Below, one piece after another: positions 18,180-26,987 of a DNA stretch of 64,000 bases. Origin of the DNA: a virus; the IMG/VR virus record IMGVR_UViG_2695420938_000010, positions 1,970 to 65,969 of that record; one strand, 5' to 3'. Every line of letters starts with the position of its first letter. The stretch's first letter is position 1. Below the pieces are notes generated by a model. The model was not told the DNA's origin and ran no database searches. It worked only from the letters and a program-made list of their open reading frames with translations. Made by a program: the position numbers and the translations under genes.

Positions 18180-19691
18180 TCAGGCCGCGTCAGTTTCCGG
18201 ATCGTCCGGATCGGTCGCGGGGTCGGCCGGCACATTCGACTGCGCGCTGCCAGTCTTGGTGACGCGGCGCGGGTCGCTGTCGAGCACGAGACCCAGCTCG
18301 TCGAGCTTGGCGTTCGTGGCCGCGATCTCGGCCAGCACCGCGTCGGGGTTGCGGCCCTGCCGGGCGATGGCCTCGGCAAGCGTCTTGGTGCCAGAACGGA
18401 TGGCGAGCAGGTCGGCCATCGCGTCCTTCTGCGGATCGACCGCCTCGAACTTCGGCGGCGACCACTCGACCGGCACCTCGGGCGTGGGAATGCGCCCCGC
18501 CGCCCATGCGGCCTCGGTGAACCAGCGCCAGACCGGCGCACAGAACATCGGGATGAAGAGCTGCCACTGCACCGCGTCGATCATCCGGCGGAACTCCACG
18601 AGGCCCGCCCGGATCGAGGAATAGTTCACCTGGCTGAGATCCCCGGTCAGCAGCTCGTAGGGCACGCGGAACCCGGCGGCGATGGTGTGCAGGCTGGCCC
18701 GCTTGTATTCGCCATAGCCGCCGGTGGCAGCCGGCTGGTTGAAGCGGATGTCCTTTCCGCCGCGTGCATAGGCGATGAGGCCGGGCTCAAACTGCTCGAC
18801 CCGATTGCCGTCGGCATCGACCACCGCGGGCGCGATGCCCTGCTGCGCCTCCTCGTCGCCGAAGACGATGGCCGTGACGCAGGCTTCGGTCTTCTTGCGC
18901 ACGATCTCCGCCACCTCGTAGTCGTCAAGGTCGCGCAGGGCCCGGATCACCGGCGCGCCCCAGGGCACGCCGCGCGCCTGCGTGCGCTGCTTCTCGTAGA
19001 CATGGGCGATCTCGCTGGCCGGCACCGCGCGGCTGGTAAGCCCGCCCGTCAGGCTGAGCGTGGCATCGCCTGGATGGGCGCCGAAGAGCCAGTAGGCCCG
19101 GCGCCGGCCGAGTGCGTCGAACTCGATCCCTTGCACCGCCTGTCCAGACCCGAGCGCGCCGTTGCAGGTGGCGTCGAGGAAGTCGGCCTCGAGCAGTTGC
19201 AGCTGCACGGGTGGCATGACGCCGTCCCCCGGGCGCCGCGGGCGGCGGCGCACCAGCACCTCGCCGGCCTCGACCATCTCGCGGCAGGCGAGCGTCTGCA
19301 GCCCGTAGAAGTCGAGCTGGCCGTCCGCGTCGCAGTCCGCTGTCCAGCGGGTGAACAGGGCGTCGGCCTTCCCGTCCAGCTTGTCGTCTCCGCTCGCGGC
19401 GCGCGGCATGATCCCCGCGCCGACGATGTTGTTGACCAGCACCGACACCGCCTTGGCGGCGTGCGGGTTGTTGCGCACCAGATCCCGCATCCGGTCCCGC
19501 AGAAGCGCTCCGGCCCGGCCGATCTCGGCATCCGCCGAGGATCCCGGCGCGTGCCAGCCGTCGGTGCGCCGGCCGCGGGCCGCACCCTCGTAGGAGCGGG
19601 CGAGCCCCTCGAAGGCCTGCCGCGCAAGCACGCGCCGCGTGGCCGTGCGCGGGGCGACCGAGGCGATGGCCCTGTCGAGCCAGGAGACCAT
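18180..19691 (-). CDS. Portal protein, lambda family
   Basis: RDLVRNNPHA, QTQARGVPW-like EKQRTQARGVPW, ELLTGDLSQVNYSSIRAGLVEFRR. Confidence 0.93.
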   Translation of the reverse strand: MVSWLDRAIASVAPRTATRRVLARQAFEGLARSYEGAARGRRTDGWHAPGSSADAEIGRAGALLRDRMRDLVRNNPHAAKAVSVLVNNIVGAGIMPRAASGDDKLDGKADALFTRWTADCDADGQLDFYGLQTLACREMVEAGEVLVRRRPRRPGDGVMPPVQLQLLEADFLDATCNGALGSGQAVQGIEFDALGRRRAYWLFGAHPGDATLSLTGGLTSRAVPASEIAHVYEKQRTQARGVPWGAPVIRALRDLDDYEVAEIVRKKTEACVTAIVFGDEEAQQGIAPAVVDADGNRVEQFEPGLIAYARGGKDIRFNQPAATGGYGEYKRASLHTIAAGFRVPYELLTGDLSQVNYSSIRAGLVEFRRMIDAVQWQLFIPMFCAPVWRWFTEAAWAAGRIPTPEVPVEWSPPKFEAVDPQKDAMADLLAIRSGTKTLAEAIARQGRNPDAVLAEIAATNAKLDELGLVLDSDPRRVTKTGSAQSNVPADPATDPDDPETDAA

Positions 19692-19894
19692 CAGCGGTCC
19701 CCGCGCGAGAAGCCGGCGAAGCCCGCGATGGGCCGCGCCGTGGCGCCGGCGATCTGTCGTTCGATGGTGCGGATGCGCCCGAGCAGGTCCTCGGCCGAGC
19801 CGTAGTCCACGGTCTTGCCGTCATAGCTCACCCGTGTCGTCCCGCTCGCATAAGCGCGCCGCAGCGCCGCCAGTTCCGCTTCCGTCCAGGTCAT
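19691..19894 (-). CDS. gpW-like head-completion protein
   Basis: 67 aa; ALRRAYASGTTRVSYDGKTVDY; located between terL and portal as lambda W is. Confidence 0.8.
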   Translation of the reverse strand: MTWTEAELAALRRAYASGTTRVSYDGKTVDYGSAEDLLGRIRTIERQIAGATARPIAGFAGFSRGDR

Positions 19895-19977
19895 GCCCTT
19901 CGCTCCCGCTCAGTGCGTTCGTCCCTCGCGACGCTCCACTGGAGCCTCGCGTCCGCTGCGCGGACCGGTCCTCACCA

Positions 19978-21972
19978 TCAAAACCATCCTTCCCGCCGCC
20001 CGAGCCAATCGGAGCGGCGCTTGCCTTGCATGCACTGATCGGGCCGCCCGATCCGACCGGCCGGGCTGTCCATTCCACTCGGCACGCCGAGCTGCGCTTC
20101 CAGATCGGCCCATGTCGCCTCGGGCCAGCGGTCCGCCCCCGCGATCCAGGCCGCGGCACGAGCATAGACCCGGCAGTCCAGCGCCTCGTTACGCTCGCGG
20201 ATCTTCTGCCATTCGAGCTTCGCGAAGCCGCGGCGATTGCGCACCGTCACCAGCTGCTCGGCCGTCAGCTGCCGGATCCACTCGGTGTCGGCCCAGCCGG
20301 GCAGATGCAACGTGCCCGGCGGGAACGCAGCACCTTCCTCCAGCTCTTCCGCGGTCGGCCGCGCCAGCCGCAGGAAGCGATAGGTCTCGGCCTTGAAGGT
20401 CGAGGTGGCCACGGTCCAGAGCCGGGCCCCACGGCGCAGGCGCTTCCCGCCGGCGGTCGCGTCCACGAAAGTCGGCCCCGAAACCGGGCTGGCCCGGTTG
20501 AAGCCCTCGAGCCCCTTCACGGGCGCCACCTGCGCGAAACCAACCGAGCGCGACCAGGCGTAAACGGCGGCCGTCTCATAGCCGGTGTCGATGGCCAGCT
20601 TTGCCAGGCCCAGTTCCGCGCCGCCGGCATGTCGCCAGTTGCGGCCCAGCAGATCGGTCAGCGCCTCCCAAGCCTCGGGCTGGGCCGGCCCGCCCTCGAT
20701 CACGACATGATCGACGAGCCAGCTTTCCAGCCCACGACCCCAGGCCCAGACATCGACCTCGATCCGATCCTTCTGCACGTCGGCGCCGGCGGTCAGGAAC
20801 AACCCACCAGCGGGAACTGTGCCCGCCGGCCAGTCCTCGCGCCGTTCGGCGATCCGCTGCCAGTCCGGCGCGTCGCCGGTCTCGATCCAGGTCTCGCCGA
20901 GCACGGTGTTGCGGAACACGCGCTCGGCCTCGTCGGACCCCGTCGCCGCCTCCTTGTCGCGCGCGATGTCGGCCCAGCTCTTCCACCCCGGCGGCGAATA
21001 GAGCGCCGAGAGATGAAACCCCACCGTCCGCGCATCACGAGCCTCGGCAGTCGCGCGCCATTCGCCTGCCGCCAGCATCGCCGGCTTGTGGTGTTCCTCG
21101 ATCGCGGTCTCGCAGGCATCGCAATGATAGGCCGCCGTCTCCGGTTTGCCCTTCTGCCAGCGCAGCCGCTCGAACCGCAGCCACTGCATCGCGCCGCAAT
21201 GCGGGCACGGCACGAAGAAGCGGCGCTGGTCGCTCGCCTCGTACTCCCGCTCGATCCGGCTGACGCCGCGGATCGTCGGCGTCGAGACCAGGAACACCTT
21301 CCGGCGGTGCGCGAAGGTCAGCGAGCGCGCCTCGGCGAGCCCGACCGGGTCGCCTTCCTCGTCGGCCGAGGCCGGATAGGCGTCGACCTCGTCGAGGAAG
21401 ACGTAGCGCGCCGGCATCGAGCGCAGGCCCACGGCCGAGTTCGCGCCGGTCATCACCAGCACGCCGCCGGGGAAATCCTTCGACAGCTGCGTGTTGCCGC
21501 TGTCGCGCGCCCGCGCCGGGCGGACACGCTCCTTCAGCGCCGGGCTCTCCTCGATCAGCGGGTCGATCCGCTGGCGCGAGTTGCGCTTGGCCAGTTCCAC
21601 CGTCGGCTGGACCGCGAGCATCGGCCCGGGCGCATGGTGAATCACGAAGCCGATCCAGTTGTTGCCGGCCTCCGTCGCGCCGACCTGCGCGGCCTTCATG
21701 AACACGACCCGCTGCGCAGGATGGCCGGGCGAGAGCGCATCCATGATCGCCCGCATGTAGGGCGTGCGCTCGGTGCGATAGCGGCCGGGCTCGGCGCTCG
21801 CGCGCGAACTCAGCCAGCGGTGCCTGTCCGACCATTCCGAGACGGTCAGCCAGGGATCGGGCGTGAGCCCGTGGCCCCAGGCCCGGAGCAGCGCCTCCGC
21901 CCCGTCAAAGGTCGCGATATCCTCAGAGGGCGATCCGGGGCTGGGCGAGTTCCTCGAGATGGGCGCGGACAT
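19978..21972 (-). CDS. terL: Terminase large subunit, lambda gpA family
   Basis: VVFMKAAQVGATE, RYVFLDEVDAYP, VSTPT...SDQRRFFVPCPHCG, RNEALDCRVYA. True start uncertain. Confidence 0.95.
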   Translation of the reverse strand: MSAPISRNSPSPGSPSEDIATFDGAEALLRAWGHGLTPDPWLTVSEWSDRHRWLSSRASAEPGRYRTERTPYMRAIMDALSPGHPAQRVVFMKAAQVGATEAGNNWIGFVIHHAPGPMLAVQPTVELAKRNSRQRIDPLIEESPALKERVRPARARDSGNTQLSKDFPGGVLVMTGANSAVGLRSMPARYVFLDEVDAYPASADEEGDPVGLAEARSLTFAHRRKVFLVSTPTIRGVSRIEREYEASDQRRFFVPCPHCGAMQWLRFERLRWQKGKPETAAYHCDACETAIEEHHKPAMLAAGEWRATAEARDARTVGFHLSALYSPPGWKSWADIARDKEAATGSDEAERVFRNTVLGETWIETGDAPDWQRIAERREDWPAGTVPAGGLFLTAGADVQKDRIEVDVWAWGRGLESWLVDHVVIEGGPAQPEAWEALTDLLGRNWRHAGGAELGLAKLAIDTGYETAAVYAWSRSVGFAQVAPVKGLEGFNRASPVSGPTFVDATAGGKRLRRGARLWTVATSTFKAETYRFLRLARPTAEELEEGAAFPPGTLHLPGWADTEWIRQLTAEQLVTVRNRRGFAKLEWQKIRERNEALDCRVYARAAAWIAGADRWPEATWADLEAQLGVPSGMDSPAGRIGRPDQCMQGKRRSDWLGRREGWF

Positions 21973-22480
21973 GGGCCTCCAGAACCTTCTGCATGGCCGC
22001 CGTCTCCGTTCCCAACTCCGCCGCCATCAGCGCAGCCACCCGCGCCGGCCAGTTGACCCACGCATCGCGTTCCTCGCGCGCGAGCCGGAAGACCAGCGCC
22101 GTGGCGCGGTCGCGGTCGACGAGCTCGCCCTTCAGCTTCGCGAGCCGGATGCGCCGCTCCTGCGCCTTCAGCACCTCATGCGCCGTCTTCGCCTGCAGGA
22201 AGGTCGTGCCACCGCCGGTGACCGGCGCGGCCATGCCCTGTTCCCGCAGCGTGTCGCCAACCGCCGAGACCGCCGCCTCGGGCACGGGTTTCATCTTGGG
22301 CGCCGGCGCCTTCCTGGTCTTCGACGGGTCGGTTGCGTCCGCCCGCCGCTTGTCGGAGGCCGCGGCGTCGATGCTGCCGTCCTCGTGCAGGACGAGCCGG
22401 CCGGCGGCCTTCGCCTTCTGGATCGCGCCCCGCGACAGCCCGACATGGGCGGCATACTGGCGCTCGCTCATGCCCTGCAT
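21923..22480 (-). CDS. terS: Terminase small subunit (Nu1-like, N-terminal wHTH)
   Basis: MSERQYAAHVGLSRGAIQKA HTH plus a coiled coil; immediately upstream of terL. Confidence 0.8.
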   Translation of the reverse strand: MQGMSERQYAAHVGLSRGAIQKAKAAGRLVLHEDGSIDAAASDKRRADATDPSKTRKAPAPKMKPVPEAAVSAVGDTLREQGMAAPVTGGGTTFLQAKTAHEVLKAQERRIRLAKLKGELVDRDRATALVFRLAREERDAWVNWPARVAALMAAELGTETAAMQKVLEAHVRAHLEELAQPRIAL

Positions 22481-22511
22481 CGCCAGCCCCGATTATCATT
22501 CAAAGTCAGTC

Positions 22512-22530
22512 GCTTATCGAGTTGATAAGC
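22512..22530. promoter_or_regulatory. Perfect palindrome GCTTATC-N5-GATAAGC in the divergent terS / 22591 intergenic region
   Basis: Seen directly; operator role is inferred. Confidence 0.45.
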
Positions 22531-22590
22531 TGGACGCGTGGAGCGAACGTCCGATCACAAGGACGATGTAACTCACCCGGAGCCACCACG

Positions 22591-22863
22591 ATGACCACCC
22601 GCCTGAACCCGATCACCACCCCGCGCTTTGAGGCCCGCGCCGAGAAGGCGCGCCGGAACAAGGAAGCGGCACTCGCCGCCTTCATCGGCAAGAAGGCCGA
22701 GATCGACGAGATGCTCGCCCGCCTGCAGGCGCTCAGCGACAATCATTTCAACTGCCACCCTGACGAGGTGGGCTGGGCCATGGTCGGCACCCTCGAACAC
22801 TACGCCAGCCTCCTCAAGCGCATCACCGACAGCGCCTTCGGCGAGGGCGAACACGCCCGCTGA
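22591..22863 (+). CDS. Conserved phage hypothetical protein (90 aa), opposite strand to the late operon
   Basis: MTTRLNPITTP...EIDEMLARLQALSDNHF...VGWAMVGTLEHYASLLKRITD; RBS-like ggag upstream. Confidence 0.75.
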   Translation: MTTRLNPITTPRFEARAEKARRNKEAALAAFIGKKAEIDEMLARLQALSDNHFNCHPDEVGWAMVGTLEHYASLLKRITDSAFGEGEHAR

Positions 22864-22958
22864 TCTCCGGCCCAGCCGGAACTCCTGCCGCGCGCCCTGC
22901 GCGGCTCGGGGTCGTAGAAGGCGCCGCATGACGCGGGCCCGAATACGGAGACGACCCC

Positions 22959-23477
22959 ATGACACAGATCCAGCTTTCCGACGCCCAAGCCGTCATCCTG
23001 TCCACTGCCTGCGCGCGCGAGGACGGAGCGGTGTTTCCCGTCACCGCCAGCCTCAAGGGCGGCGCGGTCGGCAACGTCTGCAAGAGCCTCCTCAAGCAGG
23101 GCCTGATCGAGGAAATCGCCGCCACGGACCTCAACACGGTCTGGCGGCACGACGAGGAGCGCGGCCCGATCACGCTGCGCGCCACCCCGCTCGCCTACAG
23201 CACCCTCGGGATCACGGACGAGCAGGATGAGACGCCGCCGGTGGAAACGCCGACCGCCCCGATCCAGCGCCGGAAGGGCACCAAGCAGGAAACCCTGATC
23301 GAGATGCTCCGCGCCGAGGGCGGCGCGACCATCGATGAGATCGCCACGGCCCTCGACTGGAGGCCGCACACCATTCGCGGGGCCATGTCCGGCGCGCTCA
23401 AGAAGAAGCTCGGCCTGACCATCACCTCGGAGAAGGTCGAGGGGCGGGGAAGGGCCTACATGATCGCCGACGACTGA
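22959..23477 (+). CDS. DUF3489 domain (HTH) protein
   Basis: GTKQETLIEMLRAEGGATIDEIATALDWRPHTIRGAMSGALKKKLGL; RBS ggag. Confidence 0.85.
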   Translation: MTQIQLSDAQAVILSTACAREDGAVFPVTASLKGGAVGNVCKSLLKQGLIEEIAATDLNTVWRHDEERGPITLRATPLAYSTLGITDEQDETPPVETPTAPIQRRKGTKQETLIEMLRAEGGATIDEIATALDWRPHTIRGAMSGALKKKLGLTITSEKVEGRGRAYMIADD

Positions 23478-23500
23478 CGCCGCACACCAGCACGGACCCG

Positions 23501-23530
23501 ATGTCGCCGTCCCACATGGGGCGGCGGCAT
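23501..23530. terminator. Hairpin between convergent DUF3489 and 23532-23756 genes
   Basis: tgtcgccgtccc-acat-ggggcggcggca, a stem with G-U pairs. Confidence 0.55.
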
Positions 23531-23531
23531 G

Positions 23532-23756
23532 TCATCGTGCCCCGCGCACCCGGATCGCCTCGAAAAGCCGCCGCAGGGCGAAGGAGCGTGCGATCGACAC
23601 GATGGTGAAGATGCCGCCCATCTTCAGGTTCTGCGCCAGCGTCGTGTGCAGCCCGAAGACCGGGAATATCAGTATCTGCGTCATGACGGCGACGCTGTAG
23701 CCCACAGCGACGTTGGCGATGGCCTCGACCAGCGACATGAAGCGGGATTGCTTCAT
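23532..23756 (-). CDS. Small two-TM phage membrane protein
   Basis: MKQSRFMSLVEAIANVAVGY...NLKMGGIFTIVSIARSFALRRLFEAI; start overlaps the upstream stop. Confidence 0.7.
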   Translation of the reverse strand: MKQSRFMSLVEAIANVAVGYSVAVMTQILIFPVFGLHTTLAQNLKMGGIFTIVSIARSFALRRLFEAIRVRGAR

Positions 23757-24763
23757 CTCGCCACCTCATCCATCGGCCAGCAATTCAGCTGCCAGAGTTC
23801 GCAGCGCATGCGCCGCGACCAGCGGGACCACTCCGTTGCCACATAGCCGAAGCCGGTCCACCCGGTGGGCCAGCCCATCAGCGCCTCGACGAATAGCGGG
23901 TTCAAGGTCCGGGGCGTGTCGCAGGAACGCCCGCCAGCCATCGGCGTCGCGAGGACCTGGCGGCCAAGCAGGCCGTTCACCGGCGTGTTCGCAAGGCTCG
24001 TCGCCCCGTCCTTGTGATCCCGCGCTGTTGGCGTCATCCACATCCGGCTCACCCCGGTCAGATCGGCCGCCTTGCGCTTGCCCGCACTCGGCTTGTGGCC
24101 ATCGCCCGCCAGCGGCGTCGGCCAGAGGCGCAGCATCTCGGTCCGGTTCCCGCCGCTCGACCGCGTCCCGGAGCAGGCGCGCGGGGTCGGCCAGTTCGCA
24201 GCCTTCTCGGTGGGCGAGGATGAACAGCCGCTCACGCTTGTGGGGCGCACCGACTTCCGCCGCCGTGAAGAGGCCCGCCGCAAGGCGGTAGCCCATGTTG
24301 ACCAGTCCTCCGGCGACTTCGGGAAAGCCGAGGCGGAGATGATGGGCGACATTCTCGAGGAACACGAAGGGCGGCTCGACCTCGCCGACGATGCGGGCGA
24401 CATGCGGCCAGAGGTGGCGCGGGTCGTCCGCCCCACGCCGCTTGCCTGCAACGGAAAACGGCTGGCACGGATAGCCCGCTGTGACGATGTCCACCGCGCC
24501 GCGCCACGGGCGGCCGTCAAAGGTGGCAACGTCGTCCCAGACAGGCGCCGGATCCAGGGCCGTGTCTTCCATCCGCGCCACGAGGATGGCCGCGGCGTAG
24601 GCGTCCCGCTCGACGTGACCCACAGTGCGATATCCGGGGCATGCGAGGTGCAGCCCGAGGTCGAGCCCGCCGGCGCCGGAGCAGAGCGAGAGGCCGAACA
24701 GGCACGCGTCGCCGGCTCCGGCAGGCAGGCCGGAGGAAGGTAGAGCCACGCCATCCACGACAT
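23753..24763 (-). CDS. Overprinted second-frame polypeptide of the C5 methyltransferase (M.EcoHK31I beta-like)
   Basis: Open across the whole MTase gene in another frame. Contains WPTP/WMTP repeats and LNPLFVEALMGWPTGWT. Its ATG overlaps the upstream TGA (TGATG) and its stop overlaps the next ATG (ATGA). Confidence 0.72.
   Translation of the reverse strand: MSWMAWLYLPPACLPEPATRACSASRSAPAPAGSTSGCTSHAPDIALWVTSSGTPTPRPSSWRGWKTRPWIRRLSGTTLPPLTAARGAARWTSSQRAIRASRFPLQASGVGRTTRATSGRMSPASSARSSRPSCSSRMSPIISASAFPKSPEDWSTWATALRRASSRRRKSVRPTSVSGCSSSPTEKAANWPTPRACSGTRSSGGNRTEMLRLWPTPLAGDGHKPSAGKRKAADLTGVSRMWMTPTARDHKDGATSLANTPVNGLLGRQVLATPMAGGRSCDTPRTLNPLFVEALMGWPTGWTGFGYVATEWSRWSRRMRCELWQLNCWPMDEVAR
23766..24758 (-). 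CDS. DNA (cytosine-5) methyltransferase (alpha chain, lacking a clear motif IX)
   Basis: LCSGAGG (I), AGYPCQPFS (IV), FLENV (VI), GAPHKRERLF (VIII), CGNGVV (X); GTG start. Confidence 0.92.
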   Translation of the reverse strand: MDGVALPSSGLPAGAGDACLFGLSLCSGAGGLDLGLHLACPGYRTVGHVERDAYAAAILVARMEDTALDPAPVWDDVATFDGRPWRGAVDIVTAGYPCQPFSVAGKRRGADDPRHLWPHVARIVGEVEPPFVFLENVAHHLRLGFPEVAGGLVNMGYRLAAGLFTAAEVGAPHKRERLFILAHREGCELADPARLLRDAVERREPDRDAAPLADAAGGRWPQAECGQAQGGRSDRGEPDVDDANSAGSQGRGDEPCEHAGERPAWPPGPRDADGWRAFLRHAPDLEPAIRRGADGLAHRVDRLRLCGNGVVPLVAAHALRTLAAELLADG

Positions 24764-26097
24764 CAGGCCGCGTGGGCCCCCTCGGCCGCCGCCGGGGGCT
24801 CGCCCAGCCGCTCGGCCTTCACTTTGGCGAAGGTCCGGCCGTCGCCGTCGAGTATCGCCTCCTTGCCGGTCTCCGCCTGCCAGCGTTCGACGGCGACATC
24901 GACATAGGCGGGGCTGATTTCCATCGCAAAGACGCGGCGGCCGTTTGCCTCGCCCGCCATGATCTGCGAGCCCGAGCCCGAGAACGGCTCGTAGCAGAGT
25001 CCGCCGCGCGCGACGTGCTGGCGCATCGGGATGCCGAAGGCGTCCAGCGGTTTCGGCGTCGGATGGTCGGGCCGCTCGTCCTTGGCGAAGCTCGGCATCT
25101 CCCAGGTCGAGGGCAGCGTTTCCTCGGCCACCTTTGGCGGGCGGTGCGGCCGGCGCCAGCCCATGAAGCAGGGCTCGTGCTTCCACAGGTAGTGCGAGCG
25201 GGTCAGAACACCTCGGTCCTTCACCCAGATGATCTGCTGGTGCACGAAGGCGCCCGCCCTTTCCCAGCACTCTTCCAGCATCGCCTGGCGGCGCGAGGCG
25301 TGCCAGCAATACCAGGCGGCATCCTCGGTGATCGCCTCGGCCACGGCAGCGGCGATGAAGCCGTCATAGAGCTCGGCCCCCTGAGAACTGTCGTCCCAGG
25401 TGGTGCCGTAGGACGCGGACCAATCCTTGTTGCGGGTCGGATGGTTCGAGCCGTCGTAGTCGACGAGATACGGCGGATCGGTGGCGAAGAGGATCGCGCG
25501 CTCACCGTTCATCAGGCGGCGGACATCCTTGTGGTTGGTGGCGTCGCCGCAGAGCAGCCGGTGATCCCCAAGAAGCCACAGATCGCCCGTGCGCGACGCT
25601 GGATTGCGCGGCGGCTCGGGGATGGTCACCGGCGGCACGGAGCCCCCGGCGCCGCCCTCTTCTTCACCGCCCTCGTCCGCGTCGAAGGCCAGCAGCTTGT
25701 CGAGTTCGCCATCGGAGAAGCCGACCAGCGACAGGTCGTAGTCGTCGGCGAGCAGATCCTTCAACTCGGCCGACAGCAGCGCGTCGTCCCACGGCGCCTC
25801 GGTCAGCTTGTTGTCCGCGATCCGGTACGCCCGCCGCTGCGCCTCGCTCAGGTGCCCGAGCACGATCACCGGTGCCTCGGTCAGTCCGAGCTGCGTTGCC
25901 GCCAGCACGCGCCCATGGCCTGCGATCAGTTCGCCGTCCTCGCCGACGAGGCAGGGCACGGTCCAGCCGAACTCGGCCATGCTGGCGGCGATCTTCGCGA
26001 CCTGGTCGGCCCCGTGCACCTTCGCGTTCTTCGCGTAGGGCTGGAGCTTGGCCAGCGGCCAGGTTTCGATCCGCTCGGGGGCGAAGCTCAACGTCAT
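24763..26097 (-). CDS. ParB-like domain fused to an N6A/N4C DNA methyltransferase
   Basis: N-terminal PYAKNAKVH...EFGWTVP...IAGHGR...ADNKL (ParB-like); FATDPPY; HPTPKP; EPFSGSGS. Confidence 0.92.
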   Translation of the reverse strand: MTLSFAPERIETWPLAKLQPYAKNAKVHGADQVAKIAASMAEFGWTVPCLVGEDGELIAGHGRVLAATQLGLTEAPVIVLGHLSEAQRRAYRIADNKLTEAPWDDALLSAELKDLLADDYDLSLVGFSDGELDKLLAFDADEGGEEEGGAGGSVPPVTIPEPPRNPASRTGDLWLLGDHRLLCGDATNHKDVRRLMNGERAILFATDPPYLVDYDGSNHPTRNKDWSASYGTTWDDSSQGAELYDGFIAAAVAEAITEDAAWYCWHASRRQAMLEECWERAGAFVHQQIIWVKDRGVLTRSHYLWKHEPCFMGWRRPHRPPKVAEETLPSTWEMPSFAKDERPDHPTPKPLDAFGIPMRQHVARGGLCYEPFSGSGSQIMAGEANGRRVFAMEISPAYVDVAVERWQAETGKEAILDGDGRTFAKVKAERLGEPPAAAEGAHAA

Positions 26098-26276
26098 GGG
26101 CGTGCGGTTTCCGGTGTTCAGATGGATGCTGGCCGGACTCCGGACACTGGATGCCGCGCTGGACTCCACGCAGGGTCCACCGGCATCCGGGGTATCCGGC
26201 TCGAGGGCCAGCGTTCATTGGGGTTTGCGCGGGTGGCGGGTGGCTCCGGCTTCCGGGTGGCTTCTCAAAAATCCGG

Positions 26277-26342
26277 CCCTGACGCTGGCGAAATGCCGAG
26301 CCAAGCCCGCCAGCATACGCAGGTCGCGGAGAAGGAACCGCG
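26277..26342 (-). other. Putative cos / packaging signal of prophage 1
   Basis: Minus strand reads CGCGGTTCCT-N16-ATGC..GCAT..TCGCCAGCGTCAGGG. The 10-bp and 15-bp blocks are identical to 53316-53380. Confidence 0.55.
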
Positions 26343-26558
26343 AACTCGGCCGGGGAGCTTGCAAGCGGCGGACAGCGACCCTCAAGGAAAGGATCAGCGC
26401 CTTTCCTTTTGTAACGGCCCTCGCCAACGAAAGGATGGTTTCGTTCGGGGCTGCGCCGCGCGCGCCTCTCCCGAGCTTATCCCGAACCTAGCCCCTGAAC
26501 CGGTTTTCTGTCCCGTCGAAAACTGTCCGCCGCACACCTTCCCCTCTGGCGCGCAGGG

Positions 26559-26987
26559 TTACGCGCCACCGGCCAGCTCGATCACCTTCCGCTTCGACAG
26601 GTTACGGTTGAACCGCCGCCGGTTGAGCCTCAGCGAGATGACGCAGAGCCCGTAGAGCCAGTGCTGGTGCGCGGCCGAGCGCTGGAGACCGACCGTCCAG
26701 CAGATGGTCTTCCACCGCTCGCCATGGGCGCGCATCCAGACGATCTTGCCGTCGACGGGGTCGAGGCACGCGGTCCAGGTCAGCGTCTCCTCCATCCGGC
26801 TGATTGCCTGCGGCGAGGGCAGCACCCGCATGGGCTTGGGCTCCTGGCCCACCTTGTCGGCGAAGCTGTGGATGATCTCGGGCCACGTGCTGAAATAGCC
26901 CTGCCGTCGCGGCTCGGGCAGCCGCTTGAGCACGAAGGCCGCTTCCGCGAGACGGGCCTCGACGAGGGACGGGGTCCACTTATCCAT
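26559..26987 (-). CDS. DUF6362-like protein (probable late-gene regulator)
   Basis: MDKWTPSLVEARLAEAA...STWPEI...PSPQAISRMEETLTW...WKTIC; RBS aaggag. Function inferred from position. Confidence 0.7.
   Translation of the reverse strand: MDKWTPSLVEARLAEAAFVLKRLPEPRRQGYFSTWPEIIHSFADKVGQEPKPMRVLPSPQAISRMEETLTWTACLDPVDGKIVWMRAHGERWKTICWTVGLQRSAAHQHWLYGLCVISLRLNRRRFNRNLSKRKVIELAGGA

Noticed and set aside
23753-25309. Full 518-aa version of the overprinted frame
   Set aside because: The part upstream of 24763 overlaps the amino-MTase, is Arg/Gly/Pro-rich and has no motifs; only the segment from the coupled ATG at 24763 is retained.
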